A stretch of 64,000 nt of DNA, taken from the NCBI GenBank assembly GCA_963675745.2, contig CAXXWX010000023.1, forward strand, positions 32,001-96,000, given 5' to 3'. This document shows, one piece after another, positions 42,235 to 51,600 of this stretch; position 1 is the first letter of the stretch; each line of letters begins with the position of its first letter. The stretch is from Phycisphaerae bacterium (GTDB lineage Bacteria > Planctomycetota > Phycisphaerae > UBA1845 > Fen-1342). The position numbers and the translations under genes are program-made. Below the pieces are notes generated by a model. That model was not told the origin of the DNA. It saw nothing but the letters and a program-made list of their open reading frames with translations, and did no database searches.

Positions 42235-42315
42235 CAATCAACACGTACTCGACTCATGAGTAGCGCCCACCCCCGAGTCGGACGCAAGCCCCAAGTGTAG
42301 ACGCAGCCCCCCAAT

Positions 42316-42395
42316 GTAACGGCCTGCGCCCCGCAGGCTGCATAACGCAAACAACGCCATCACCCACGAACGGCCGGCGAAGCCCCGGCCGCTAC
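42316..42395. repeat. REP-like inverted pair
   Basis: gtaacggcctgcgccccgcaggc (42316) faces acggccggcgaagccccggccgctac (ends 42395); the first unit is shared with 36702. Confidence 0.5.
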
Positions 42396-42471
42396 AAATC
42401 GCGTGTGCTCTAACCCCGTCGAGGACGCCGACCGCTACGCGCTGAGCGCGTAGCGTGGCGGCCCCCCAACA

Positions 42472-42903
42472 CTACTCGTCGTCGTCATCCTTGTCCTCAA
42501 AGATGAACTCGACGCCGATCAGATAGCCGACCGACGCCTGCGTGCAGTGGCGTGTGTGGGCGTGCCCATAGCAGCTCAGCATCGGCTGGTGCAGTGCAAA
42601 CGAAATCTTGATGCCGGCCGGAATCGGACGACGCGTGCGCATGGCAAGTCCATCACGACTCAGATTGTGCAGCGTCGCCAGCACGTGCCGGTCACCGTAA
42701 CACTCCTCCGGCAGCCACACCTCGACCGTGCCGGCAAATGGCCAGCGTTCAGCCCGCCGGTTCTCACGCGGCACATCTTTGGCAACGGCCTTTGTGGCGT
42801 TCGCTTCCAACAGCGCCATAACGACGTCGGGGGAAAGCGCGACAATCTCATCGGCGTCCATCTGCGGCATCCCATGTGGGTCGGTGCGATCCATGGCTGA
42901 CAT
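42472..42903 (-). CDS. PilZ domain protein (c-di-GMP receptor)
   Basis: RRAER (RxxxR) and NLSRDG (D/NxSxxG) motifs, terminal YLIGVEF; GGAG RBS. Confidence 0.8.
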   Translation of the reverse strand: MSAMDRTDPHGMPQMDADEIVALSPDVVMALLEANATKAVAKDVPRENRRAERWPFAGTVEVWLPEECYGDRHVLATLHNLSRDGLAMRTRRPIPAGIKISFALHQPMLSCYGHAHTRHCTQASVGYLIGVEFIFEDKDDDDE

Positions 42904-43247
42904 CTCCTTCGAGCTCCTGAGATAAATCGGCCAGATCGGGCCTCGGCATCAGTGTCGTCGCAAAGGGCGCCACCGCTGTCACACCAGAGCATCGCGGCCG
43001 GCTGGCGCGCATTATCGGGCTGCTCCCAAGCGCTCCGCAGCGCGATTGACGCCAAACGACTTTCAGGCGCGGCCAAGTCATTTGAATACTTCTCATAGCC
43101 CTTTGTTTCAGCCGCTCGCGGACAGCGCGTGCGAGACCGCCGACGGCCTGCGCCACCCGTGCCGACCGTTCCCACGACGTGGGAGTCTTGCCAGGCTGCC
43201 CCGAGGCGTTGTGGTACCGGCCCGCACTCCCTCGGGGAGGGCGGCAC

Positions 43248-44462
43248 GTGCGAATCACAGCTTCCATTGCACTACTGAGCGGTGTTCTCGGCGCACTCGT
43301 CGGGTGCGCTCCCATTGATTTATCCGATGGCGGTCTGCTCGGCGACCTGTCGCTGGCCAACGACCCGCTCGGCCTTGCCGGGCTTGTGTCACCGTCGCTC
43401 GCATCAAGTCGGCGGCCAACGCTCGAAGGCGACACGCTGGTCAGCGGTGCCCTGGATGTCGGCGACTATGCCGTCTACTCGCTCGGCCCGGCGCAGGCCG
43501 GTCAACTGTGGTCCATTTCCCGACGCGACCTCAACCTGAGCACGTTCGTAGTCGTCTTGTTCAATCAGGACTACGAACTGCTGTATCGGTCGATTACCCA
43601 GTATGACGACGCATTCGAACACGTCATGCGCGAGGACACCGGCGACCTGTTGGTGGGCATCGCGCCGGCCGTCTCCAGCAGCGGTGGCTCGTTTGAGCTG
43701 CACACCGGAACTGTGGGCGAGGCCGACGTGCCGGCCCCTCGTCGCCAGTTGGTGTACCTCGACTATCGAGCGGCCGATAACCTCGCGATAAACAACCGCA
43801 CCGGGATCAGTTTTGACGCGTTCGACTCGGCCTACCTCGGCGACAGCTATGTGGGCCAGACCGCCGAATTCAAGGCGCTGATTCTGGAAGAAATGCAGCG
43901 CGATTACGCCGCCTTCGACGTGGATTTCGTGTCCTCGGATGACGGACCACCGCCGGCGGAGGCTCATTCGGTGGTGCATTTTGGCGGCAACGGCAACGGG
44001 CTGCTCGGGCTGGCCGATAACGTTGACAACTACAATGCCGATGAAAGCCAGCGCGCGATAGTCTTTGTGAACACGTTCTCGATCTACTGGACGATGCAAT
44101 TGACCACCGCCGAAATGGCCCAGATGATCGCAAATACCGCCAGCCACGAGCTTGGACACCTACTGGGCCTCTATCATGTAGCAGACCCCGACGAACTCAT
44201 GGACACGACCGCCGGGGCGTGGGAAATGGTCGAGGACCAGGCCTTTGGCGGGCCGGCCGCGTTGGAGCAGCGCGTGTTTCCGGTCGGCACCGAGAACAGC
44301 ATCGCGCTGCTGGAACAGATTGTCGGCCAGCGGCCCGGCGGACCATTGCCGCTTGCCAAGGACGATGGCTTGCGTAAGCCCGTCAGCCGCGCCAAGATTC
44401 GCATGCTGGCCAAACAGGAGTTGTCGCTGCGGTGTGGTAATTGCGCGAATCCGGATCGCTGA
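43248..44462 (+). CDS. Lipoprotein metzincin (matrixin-like) metalloprotease
   Basis: Lipobox LVGC; HELGHLLGLYH (HExxHxxGxxH); Met-turn LMD. Confidence 0.8.
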   Translation: MRITASIALLSGVLGALVGCAPIDLSDGGLLGDLSLANDPLGLAGLVSPSLASSRRPTLEGDTLVSGALDVGDYAVYSLGPAQAGQLWSISRRDLNLSTFVVVLFNQDYELLYRSITQYDDAFEHVMREDTGDLLVGIAPAVSSSGGSFELHTGTVGEADVPAPRRQLVYLDYRAADNLAINNRTGISFDAFDSAYLGDSYVGQTAEFKALILEEMQRDYAAFDVDFVSSDDGPPPAEAHSVVHFGGNGNGLLGLADNVDNYNADESQRAIVFVNTFSIYWTMQLTTAEMAQMIANTASHELGHLLGLYHVADPDELMDTTAGAWEMVEDQAFGGPAALEQRVFPVGTENSIALLEQIVGQRPGGPLPLAKDDGLRKPVSRAKIRMLAKQELSLRCGNCANPDR

Positions 44463-44508
44463 CGCCGCCCCAACGCCGCACAGCCAAAAAGTCCCAGGGA
44501 GGGACATC

Positions 44509-45600
44509 TTGAAACGCACACTGCCCTTTGTGATTGCGATGCTGGCGCTGCTGCCGGCGCTCACCGGTTGCCCGACACCTTTCGATCCGACGGGCGCTGA
44601 CACGCCATATCTCGACGAAGCCAACAACGGCACGTTCAAGGACGCGACGGCGTTACCCTTGTCCGATACCCGGTCCCTGCGCTTCCGCGGCGAGATCTCG
44701 GCGGAGGGCGACGTGGACGTGTATGATCTCGGCACCCTGGCGGTCGGTGATCGCGTGACTGTCGATGTGCAGGCGGTGGGTAACGTGCTGGATCCCATCA
44801 TGGCCATCTTTGACGCCGACGAAAACCTCCAGGCGCTCAATGATGACCGGGTCGCCGACGGCACCGATCTGAATCCGTATCTGGATTTCGTGATACGCGG
44901 AAAGGGCGGCGCGTACTTTCTGGCGATCGCCGCCTTCCCCAGTAGCCGCACGACCGGATCGTACGAAGTCGGCGTTGAGATCGACGTTGACGCCGCTGTG
45001 GCGCTGCCCGAGCCGGCGGTAGTCTTTTTCGACTGGGACGGGGGCAACGTGAGCAATCCGTCGCTCGGCCAGTATTCGCTGGTGCCGTTTGACGCCGCCC
45101 AGGTCGGTCTCAGCTCCTCAGATACCGAAGAGCTCAAGGACCGGGTCCAGGACGTCGTCGCCGATCGTTACAGCGCCTACAACTTCCTGCTGTACAACTC
45201 TGACGACGACGATGTGCCCGCCGTGCCGCACGCCACGATTTACTTCGGCGGCAACAGCCACTACGCGTTTGCGCTGTCCGAACACATCGACGTGATGAAC
45301 GCGCAGAAGGAAGATGTTGCGATTGTCTTCACGCGCGCGTTTGATGGCGCGTTCATCAGAGACCTGACGCTGGCGGAGATGGGGACGGCGATGGGCAACA
45401 CGGTAGCCCACGAGATCGGCCACCTGATGGGGCTGGTACACACCAGCGACTGCCTGGCGCTGATGGACTCAACGTGCAGCAACGAGTCACTGCTGCTCAA
45501 TCAGCAATTCAAGCGCGCCCCAATCGACGACGGCACGTTCCCGATCGGCTGGCAAGACGCCGCCGAACTGCTCGGCTGGATGCTGGGTCTGTCTTCGTAA
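44509..45600 (+). CDS. Lipoprotein metzincin metalloprotease with a PPC-like domain
   Basis: Lipobox LTGC; DVDVY...LDP...NDD (PPC-like); HEIGHLMGLVH; LMD; TTG start after GGAGG. Confidence 0.8.
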   Translation: MKRTLPFVIAMLALLPALTGCPTPFDPTGADTPYLDEANNGTFKDATALPLSDTRSLRFRGEISAEGDVDVYDLGTLAVGDRVTVDVQAVGNVLDPIMAIFDADENLQALNDDRVADGTDLNPYLDFVIRGKGGAYFLAIAAFPSSRTTGSYEVGVEIDVDAAVALPEPAVVFFDWDGGNVSNPSLGQYSLVPFDAAQVGLSSSDTEELKDRVQDVVADRYSAYNFLLYNSDDDDVPAVPHATIYFGGNSHYAFALSEHIDVMNAQKEDVAIVFTRAFDGAFIRDLTLAEMGTAMGNTVAHEIGHLMGLVHTSDCLALMDSTCSNESLLLNQQFKRAPIDDGTFPIGWQDAAELLGWMLGLSS

Positions 45601-45696
45601 CACGCGTTTGTCCGCATGCTTCAACGTCCACGGGAACCTTGAGTCAGTGGGTCGGCCAAAAGACCCGCGGGCTTCAGCCCGCGCGGTGCCGATGTA

Positions 45697-45888
45697 TTGG
45701 AAGGGGTCGGTGGGATAGGGGAACTCCTGATCGTCAGCGACCCGAACGACCCCAATGACTCCTACGACCCACATGGCGGCGGCGTCATCTTCCACGACAC
45801 GAATGGCAACGTTTGCCAGCTATTCGGCCCACGAAAAACGTTGGCCATCCCGCGTTTGACCGGGCCCGGGCCGCGCGTGTTGAAATGA
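45697..45888 (+). pseudogene. Possible RHS-core remnant
   Basis: EGVGGIGELL...IFHDTNGNVCQL resembles the GGIGGLL...YxYDxNGNVxQL segment of RHS proteins; only 63 aa. Confidence 0.4.
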
Positions 45889-45897
45889 GGTGAGAAT

Positions 45898-46176
45898 ATG
45901 TTTGCCAGTGTATGGCCGCTCGCGGTACTGCTCATAACAGACGCCATTGGCATCTGCTGGGTAGCTTCGCTGATCTTGGCCAACCAAGTAGTTGAAGGCG
46001 CGTATCTTGCTTGGGGGCTTGTGATACTGCAAATACCATTCTGCCTGCGAGGTGTCATCGCGTCCTGCAAAGCCAGACTCTTCTGGCTCACTCTCGTATA
46101 CATCGGGCATGCAGCGTTTTCGATCGTGCTTGGCATCTTCGCCAGCCAGCGACATGACCTAGCCAGGTTCCTCTAG
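45898..46176 (+). CDS. Small hydrophobic protein, possible immunity-type gene
   Basis: GAGGTGA RBS; 92 aa, about 3 TM segments; visibly lower GC than flanks. Confidence 0.45.
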   Translation: MFASVWPLAVLLITDAIGICWVASLILANQVVEGAYLAWGLVILQIPFCLRGVIASCKARLFWLTLVYIGHAAFSIVLGIFASQRHDLARFL

Positions 46177-46308
46177 TGCGAGAACCGGCTGGTCACCGTG
46201 CGGCTGATCGCAGGTTCATCCGCAACGGTTGATCGTCGGCGTAATCCAAATGGTCCCCGGCATTCGACGGCTGACGGGAACATCGGCCGCTACCTGGGAT
46301 GCGGGTCG

Positions 46309-47118
46309 TTATCCCGGAAGCGCCTCGGCCAGCTCGTCGATGAACGCGCATACGCTGTCCGCGATCGCCGTTGCATCGTCGCCGCGCGACACGCCGTCGT
46401 TCATTCGACGGACGATGGCGCTGCCGACTATGACGCCATCGGCCGCCTGGCAGACGGCGGCGACCTGGTCCGGGCGGGCGATGCCGAAGCCGACGCAGAT
46501 GGGCTTGTCGGTTTCCGCGCGCAGCTCCTCGAGGTGTTGCCGCAGATCGTCGGGCAGCGCCGCCCGCTCGCCGGTCACGCCCGTGAGCGACTGGTAATAG
46601 ACCCACGGCTCCGACAGGGCGGCGATGCGCCGGCGGCGGCTTTCGTCGCTCGTCGGCGCGATCATCATCGCCAGCGGAAAATCGTGCTTTCTCCCCAGGG
46701 TGACCAGCTCATCCGCTTCTTCCAACGCCAGGTCAGGCACGATCATGCCATCAATGCCGGCGGCCCGGGCGGACTCTATAAAGCGGGCCGGCTGCTGGCG
46801 ATAGACGACCGAATAGCTCACCATCACCATCAGCGGCACGCGTATCTCGCCGCGGGCCGACTTCAACGCCGACAGCAGCGGCGCCAGGCGAAAGCCCGCA
46901 TCCAGCGCGTGCGAGAACGAAGTCTGAATCACGGGCCCGTCGGCGATCGGGTCGGAAAACGGTATGCCCAACTCGGCACAACCGATCCGCCGCGGATCAA
47001 GCCGCTTTAATATCTCGACGGTGGTCGCCACGTCGGGATAGCCGCCGGTGATATAGGGAATCAGCGTGTGCCCGCCGCCGGCCTTCAACCCGTCAAATGC
47101 CTGTCTCAGTCGATTCAT
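46309..47118 (-). CDS. trpA: Tryptophan synthase alpha chain
   Basis: IPYITGGYPD, ELGIPFSDPIADGPVIQ, IVPDL, GVTGER, VGFGI, ADGVIVGSAIV. Confidence 0.96.
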   Translation of the reverse strand: MNRLRQAFDGLKAGGGHTLIPYITGGYPDVATTVEILKRLDPRRIGCAELGIPFSDPIADGPVIQTSFSHALDAGFRLAPLLSALKSARGEIRVPLMVMVSYSVVYRQQPARFIESARAAGIDGMIVPDLALEEADELVTLGRKHDFPLAMMIAPTSDESRRRRIAALSEPWVYYQSLTGVTGERAALPDDLRQHLEELRAETDKPICVGFGIARPDQVAAVCQAADGVIVGSAIVRRMNDGVSRGDDATAIADSVCAFIDELAEALPG

Positions 47119-47311
47119 GGTGGTTCGTATCGTATGCGGCCGCGAGTCCGGCGACAACGGCGAACCGGCGGGGACCACGTGCTATCGTTGCGTCCGCCCC
47201 CGAGCCGGACGTCGTGTGCACGCCGGTGGCGCTGACCGGTAATCAACCGGTGCCACATGATACCGGCAGAATCGAGTTCGCCGGCGCGGATCGGCTGCAG
47301 CCGGCCGGTCC

Positions 47312-47550
47312 TTGCCACCGGTTTCAGCGGGCGGTGCCGGTTTACCATCACCACTCGGGCCGGCTTCTCGCTGCGCCGTTCGAAGCCCGGCTGAAGCCGG
47401 CTGCGTGGGGATGGGAATCCGAGTAAGCCCTCGTCCACCAACTGAAGTTGGTGGCAAGTGCTGGTCGGCTGAAGCCGACCGACGGGGGCGACGCGTCAAC
47501 TCACAAGCGACAACGACCTGAATATGCCCATCTGCTGAAGCCGACCGACG
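47312..47550. repeat. Cluster of REP-like palindromes
   Basis: ttgccaccggtttcag (47312) is inverted with ctgaagttggtggcaa (47442); CTGAAGCCG cores at about 47391, 47469 and 47535; related cgggcttcagcccg at about 45668. Confidence 0.55.
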
Positions 47551-47784
47551 GACCGACGTGTCAGCTCACAGACGTCAACAATCTGAATGTGTGCAGTTGC
47601 TGGAGCCGACCGCCGGCGCACCGCGGACGCGAACAGCGCGCGGCGGTGCCGGTTTACGCCAGCCTTACCAGATCGTAAACTAGCGTCTGGTCGCAAACGC
47701 GTGTCGGCGCACTGCCGGCGGGCGTTACCGAGCGGCCGCCCGCACCCGCGCTGAATGCGGGTTCTGGGTGTTTGACAAGTGAAT

Positions 47785-48234
47785 GGGCCCATAGCTCAGT
47801 TGGTTAGAGCAGCCGACTTAACGCGTCGCCGGCGCTAAAACACTCCCGCGTCTTTCAGATGCACTCACAAGCGGGCGTGTCATGCTCGACGGCGCAGGGT
47901 CTTTCCGGCGGGAACGTCGGATTAGCAGGTTGTCAAAGTCGGGGAAAGCTAAGGGCGGAAACGCCTATGCCAATCCCGAGCCAAGCAGGAGATGAGAAGC
48001 GAATGAAGAATGCGGAATGATGAATGCAGAAGGCCGGCGACGCGTGCCGATCCATGAATCGCCAACCCTATTCTGCATTTCGCATTCACCATTCTGCATT
48101 CTCCGTCTCCGGGCGTGTGTAGAGACTGGACGGCAACCCACCCAGGCCGGGTGAAGGGACAGTCCGAGCCCACGGGAAACCGTGGAACAAGTCGCATAAT
48201 CGGCTGGTCGCAGGTTCGAGTCCTGCTGGGCCCA
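47785..48234 (+). tRNA. tRNA-Ile2 (anticodon CAU, lysidine type), split by an intron; exons 47785-47818 and 48195-48234
   Basis: Joined exons GGGCCCATAGCTCAGTTGGTTAGAGCAGCCGACT+CATAATCGGCTGGTCGCAGGTTCGAGTCCTGCTGGGCCCA fold into a full cloverleaf. G1-C72 pair and no GGG/CCC anticodon stem argue against fMet; sequence resembles E. coli ileX. CCA is not encoded. Confidence 0.9.
47819..48194 (+). ncRNA. Group I self-splicing intron (IC3-like), 376 nt, no ORF
   Basis: Follows a U and ends in G. Core elements TCAAAGTCGGGGAAAGC, AATCCCGAGCCAAGC, GTAGAGACTGGACGG, GAAGGGACAGTCC. P3 ggttgtc(47928)/ggcaacc(48132); P7 gactg(48124)/cagtc(48160); GNRA-capped P2, P5 and P9. Confidence 0.92.
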
Positions 48235-48530
48235 ATAACCACATCTTCAACGCAGACCACTTCCTCGATCAATCTCCGCGCCAAATGGACGGGAGGCCGA
48301 CACTCTGAGCCAGCGCTGTTGGCCCCGCGCGCACTAACCGACCGAAGTCGGGCCGGCCGGCCGATACGGCGATGGCGGGCCGGTTCGAGCTAACGCGTTT
48401 TACCTCATAGCGCAGCGGCCGACCCCCGAGTCGGCCGTGACCTCGAGAGAGTGCATGCTGGTTGACCACGTCCGACTCTGGGGTCTGACGCTACAGGTAA
48501 ACGTCAATTGCTCTAATGCGTGCGTTCACT

Positions 48531-48574
48531 CAAAACACAGACGACCGCGCCGGGAAGTAACCCGGGCGCGGTCG
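48531..48574 (-). terminator. Probable intrinsic terminator
   Basis: gaccgcgcc/ggcgcggtc stem about 30 nt past the stop at 48605, followed by TCTGTGTTTT on the minus strand. Confidence 0.5.
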
Positions 48575-48604
48575 CCGATTCTCGCTCACTCGCGTCGAGC
48601 GATC

Positions 48605-51600
48605 CTAGCTGCTGAGCAGGGCGACAAACGGATCAATGTCGCCGTTGTTGACAAAGCCGTCGTCGTTGATGTCCGCCAGGTTAATGTCGCAGTCCGGATA
48701 CGCCGTGGCGTAGGCGCCCGGGTCCGAGACAGCCAGCACGAACGGATCGATATCGCCGTTGTTGACAAACCCGTCGCAGTTCAAGTCGCCGAGCTCGTAT
48801 TGGGACACCTCACCGAAGGTCAGATTATCGACGGCCAATGAGCCGCCGCCGCCCCAGGTGAACATGCCGTCGGCCATCGAGAGCTGCACCGCAAAGGCGT
48901 CCATTCCGGTCAGGAAGCCCGGCACCGGGCCGACCACGGTCTCGAAACCCTCCGAAACCACCGAGCCGCCCGCGTCGGACACCGAGACATTGTCGAAGTA
49001 CACGGTCGCCCCGGTGCCCCACGTCGGCGTGCGATAGCCGAACACGATGATGGTCGCGATGTAGGTCGGGGAGTTCGGATCGAACCCGCTCTCCGCGCTG
49101 AAGGTGTTCAGCGTGCCGCCGAGGGTATGGAAGCTGCCATCGACCGCCGAGCTGTCCCAGGATATCCGCTTGCCGTACTGGTCCTCGAGCCGGAGCGTGA
49201 TGATGCCGGCCGACTCACCGGCGTTCGGATCCCAGATGCCCTTGCAGTCGGCGGTGAACGACACCTGGTTGAGGTTGCTCAAGTCGAGCGCAAGACCAGG
49301 CCAGGCCACGCCGGCCCAGTACCAGCCGGGCGGCGACTCGATGCCCGTGACGTTGAACATACCGCCGCCACTGCCGCCGACGCCACAGGTGGCGCATCCT
49401 TCGACGGTGGCGGTCTCGATCGACGAGCCCCAGCCGAAGCCGGCGAACGCGGTCTCGCCTTCAAGCCCGATGTCCCAGGACGTGAGCGTGGAACCCCACT
49501 CGGGGTAGAACTGGCCACCCTCCGGCGGCCAGGTGGACTCACCGTCCGCCACCAGCCCGCCCACGGACTGGAAGCTGCCGTCCGCCGTGCCTGTGAAGGC
49601 CACGTGGCCGCCTTCCTTGAGCTTCGGGGTCGGGGATGGTGACAAGTAGACGTCGTCAACCGTCAGCGTGCCGCCCCAATTCCCATAGGCCGAGAACGGC
49701 GGCCCCTCGCCGATGAACATGATGACGATGTTGTAATCCAGGCTCGTATCGATGTCGAACACGCCGTTGCTTCCGTCGACGAAGCCGCTGACAGTGTAGC
49801 CGGACAGCGGACCGCCGATGGACTGCCAGGTGCCGTCGTAAACCTCGTCGAAGCCGATCCAGTCGCCGTCCGGGTCTTCGATCCGCAGGATGTACGTAGC
49901 CGGATCCTGAAGCCACTCCTCGTTCCAGGTGCCCTTGGCCTTTGCGGACAGGGTCACCTCCGACAGATTCGCCGAAGCCAGCGCCTGCTCGCGCCAGACG
50001 GCGCCGGCGTACCAGTAGCCGTCCTCGTCGGGCCAGACGTCGAGCACCTCGATCTGCATGCAGCTCCCGTCGTCGCCGTAGCCGCCGCTGGTCAACGCGC
50101 GTACCCACACGCCGCCGGTGGCGGTCACCACGGCGTCCAGCGTGCCGAAGAACACCTCATCGTTCTCGATCTGCGAATTCCAGTTGACGACGGTGCCGCT
50201 GGTGTCATCGGGACCGGCCACCTCGACTTCGGTATCAGAAGTGATCGCCGAGAAGTCCTCGTCCACGTTGGGGGTGGCTACGTAGCCCTGGAGACGGAGC
50301 TCGTAATTCGCGCCGGCGATGCTGCCTTTCACGTCGGCGGCCAGTGTCAGTTCCCGTGGATCAAGCACGCTGAGCGACGGCACATCCCAGATCAGCGCGC
50401 CGCCATAGTCACTTCCGTCGGGCCGATTGTTGGTGAGCACCACGTTGTCGACTGACAAGGTTCCACCGGTACCCCAGGTCGGAGTGCGATCAGGGTCGAA
50501 CAGCAGGACAACCTTGAAGGTGTCCGAATCCAGATCGAACACGCCGGTAGCGGGCACATCCGACGAGTCCTTTTCGATGGCCTGATCCAGCGTGTCGCCG
50601 ATGGTCTGCCAGGTGCCGTCCGCCGCGCTGATCGACTCAAACACCAGCCGATCGCCATCGCTGTCTTCGATGCGCAACTGGTAGTGGCCGTAGGCCTCGC
50701 CGGCGGGGATGTTGGCATCACCCAGGACGTCGGCGGTCAGGCTGTAGTCACTCAGATCAAAGGCCGGCGGACCGGCAATCACGCCGAACGAAACCGTGTC
50801 GAAGAAGACCGCGCCATTATCAGCATTCGGGCTGACCAGTTGCAGGACCGCCCGCACTGTCAGCGTGCCCGCCGGGGCCGTGAGCTGAATCGGCGTGTTG
50901 TCGAACCACGTGTCCAGCGCCGACGAGCCATCGAGCACCGTGGCGGCGGTGGTGGAAAGCGGTTCGGAGTTGATACCGTCATAGAACTCGATCCGCATTT
51001 CCGCGTAGTTGGTGGTGCCGTCGATTCCGTCGGCGGCGTGGTGCGAACTCCAGCAGTCGAGTTCCCAAGTCTGTCCCGGCTCGGCGCGCAGCGTCTGAGC
51101 AACGCCCGCCGAGTCCATGCCGGGGGCCTGGCCCCAGACCTTCAGATCCTGCACCCCCGCCTGCGGACTGGATGTGACGATGAGCACGCTCGGATAGGAG
51201 CCGCCCGTATCACACCACACATCCCAGCCGGCAACCGTGTCCCACAAGCCCAGCTCGAAGCCCGGATTCTGGAGAGTGCCCGAGCCGCCGGGAAAACCGG
51301 AGAGCGACCACGATAGTCCGGCGAACCAGCTTCCGCTGTTCAATATGACGTCGGTCACGTCGATCTGGCCCGCGCCGGTGCCCCCGACGCCGCCGGCGAG
51401 CAGCCCCTGGGCCGACGCGTCTCCGTCGAGGACCGCGCCGTCGCGTGTGTAGCAGAACGCCGCTTCTTGCTCGATGCCGTCGTCCCAATCAGACGTTGAC
51501 CCGGACACATTCGGCGTGACACCGTCTCCCGCGAGGAAGACGCCGCCGCCGGTGCCGGTCACGTCGGCAAAATCCTGGTCGATCATGTTCAGGGAGTTGA

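Noticed and set aside
47785..48234. tRNA fragment as an integration (att) site of a genomic island
   Set aside because: The halves do not duplicate each other, they join exactly, and no integrase is nearby.
47949..48393. Homing endonuclease or other CDS in the intron (ORFs 47949-48284 and 48115-48393)
   Set aside because: They overlap the ribozyme core and tRNA exon, translate the heptamer repeat (ECRMVNAKCR) and lack LAGLIDADG, HNH or GIY-YIG motifs.
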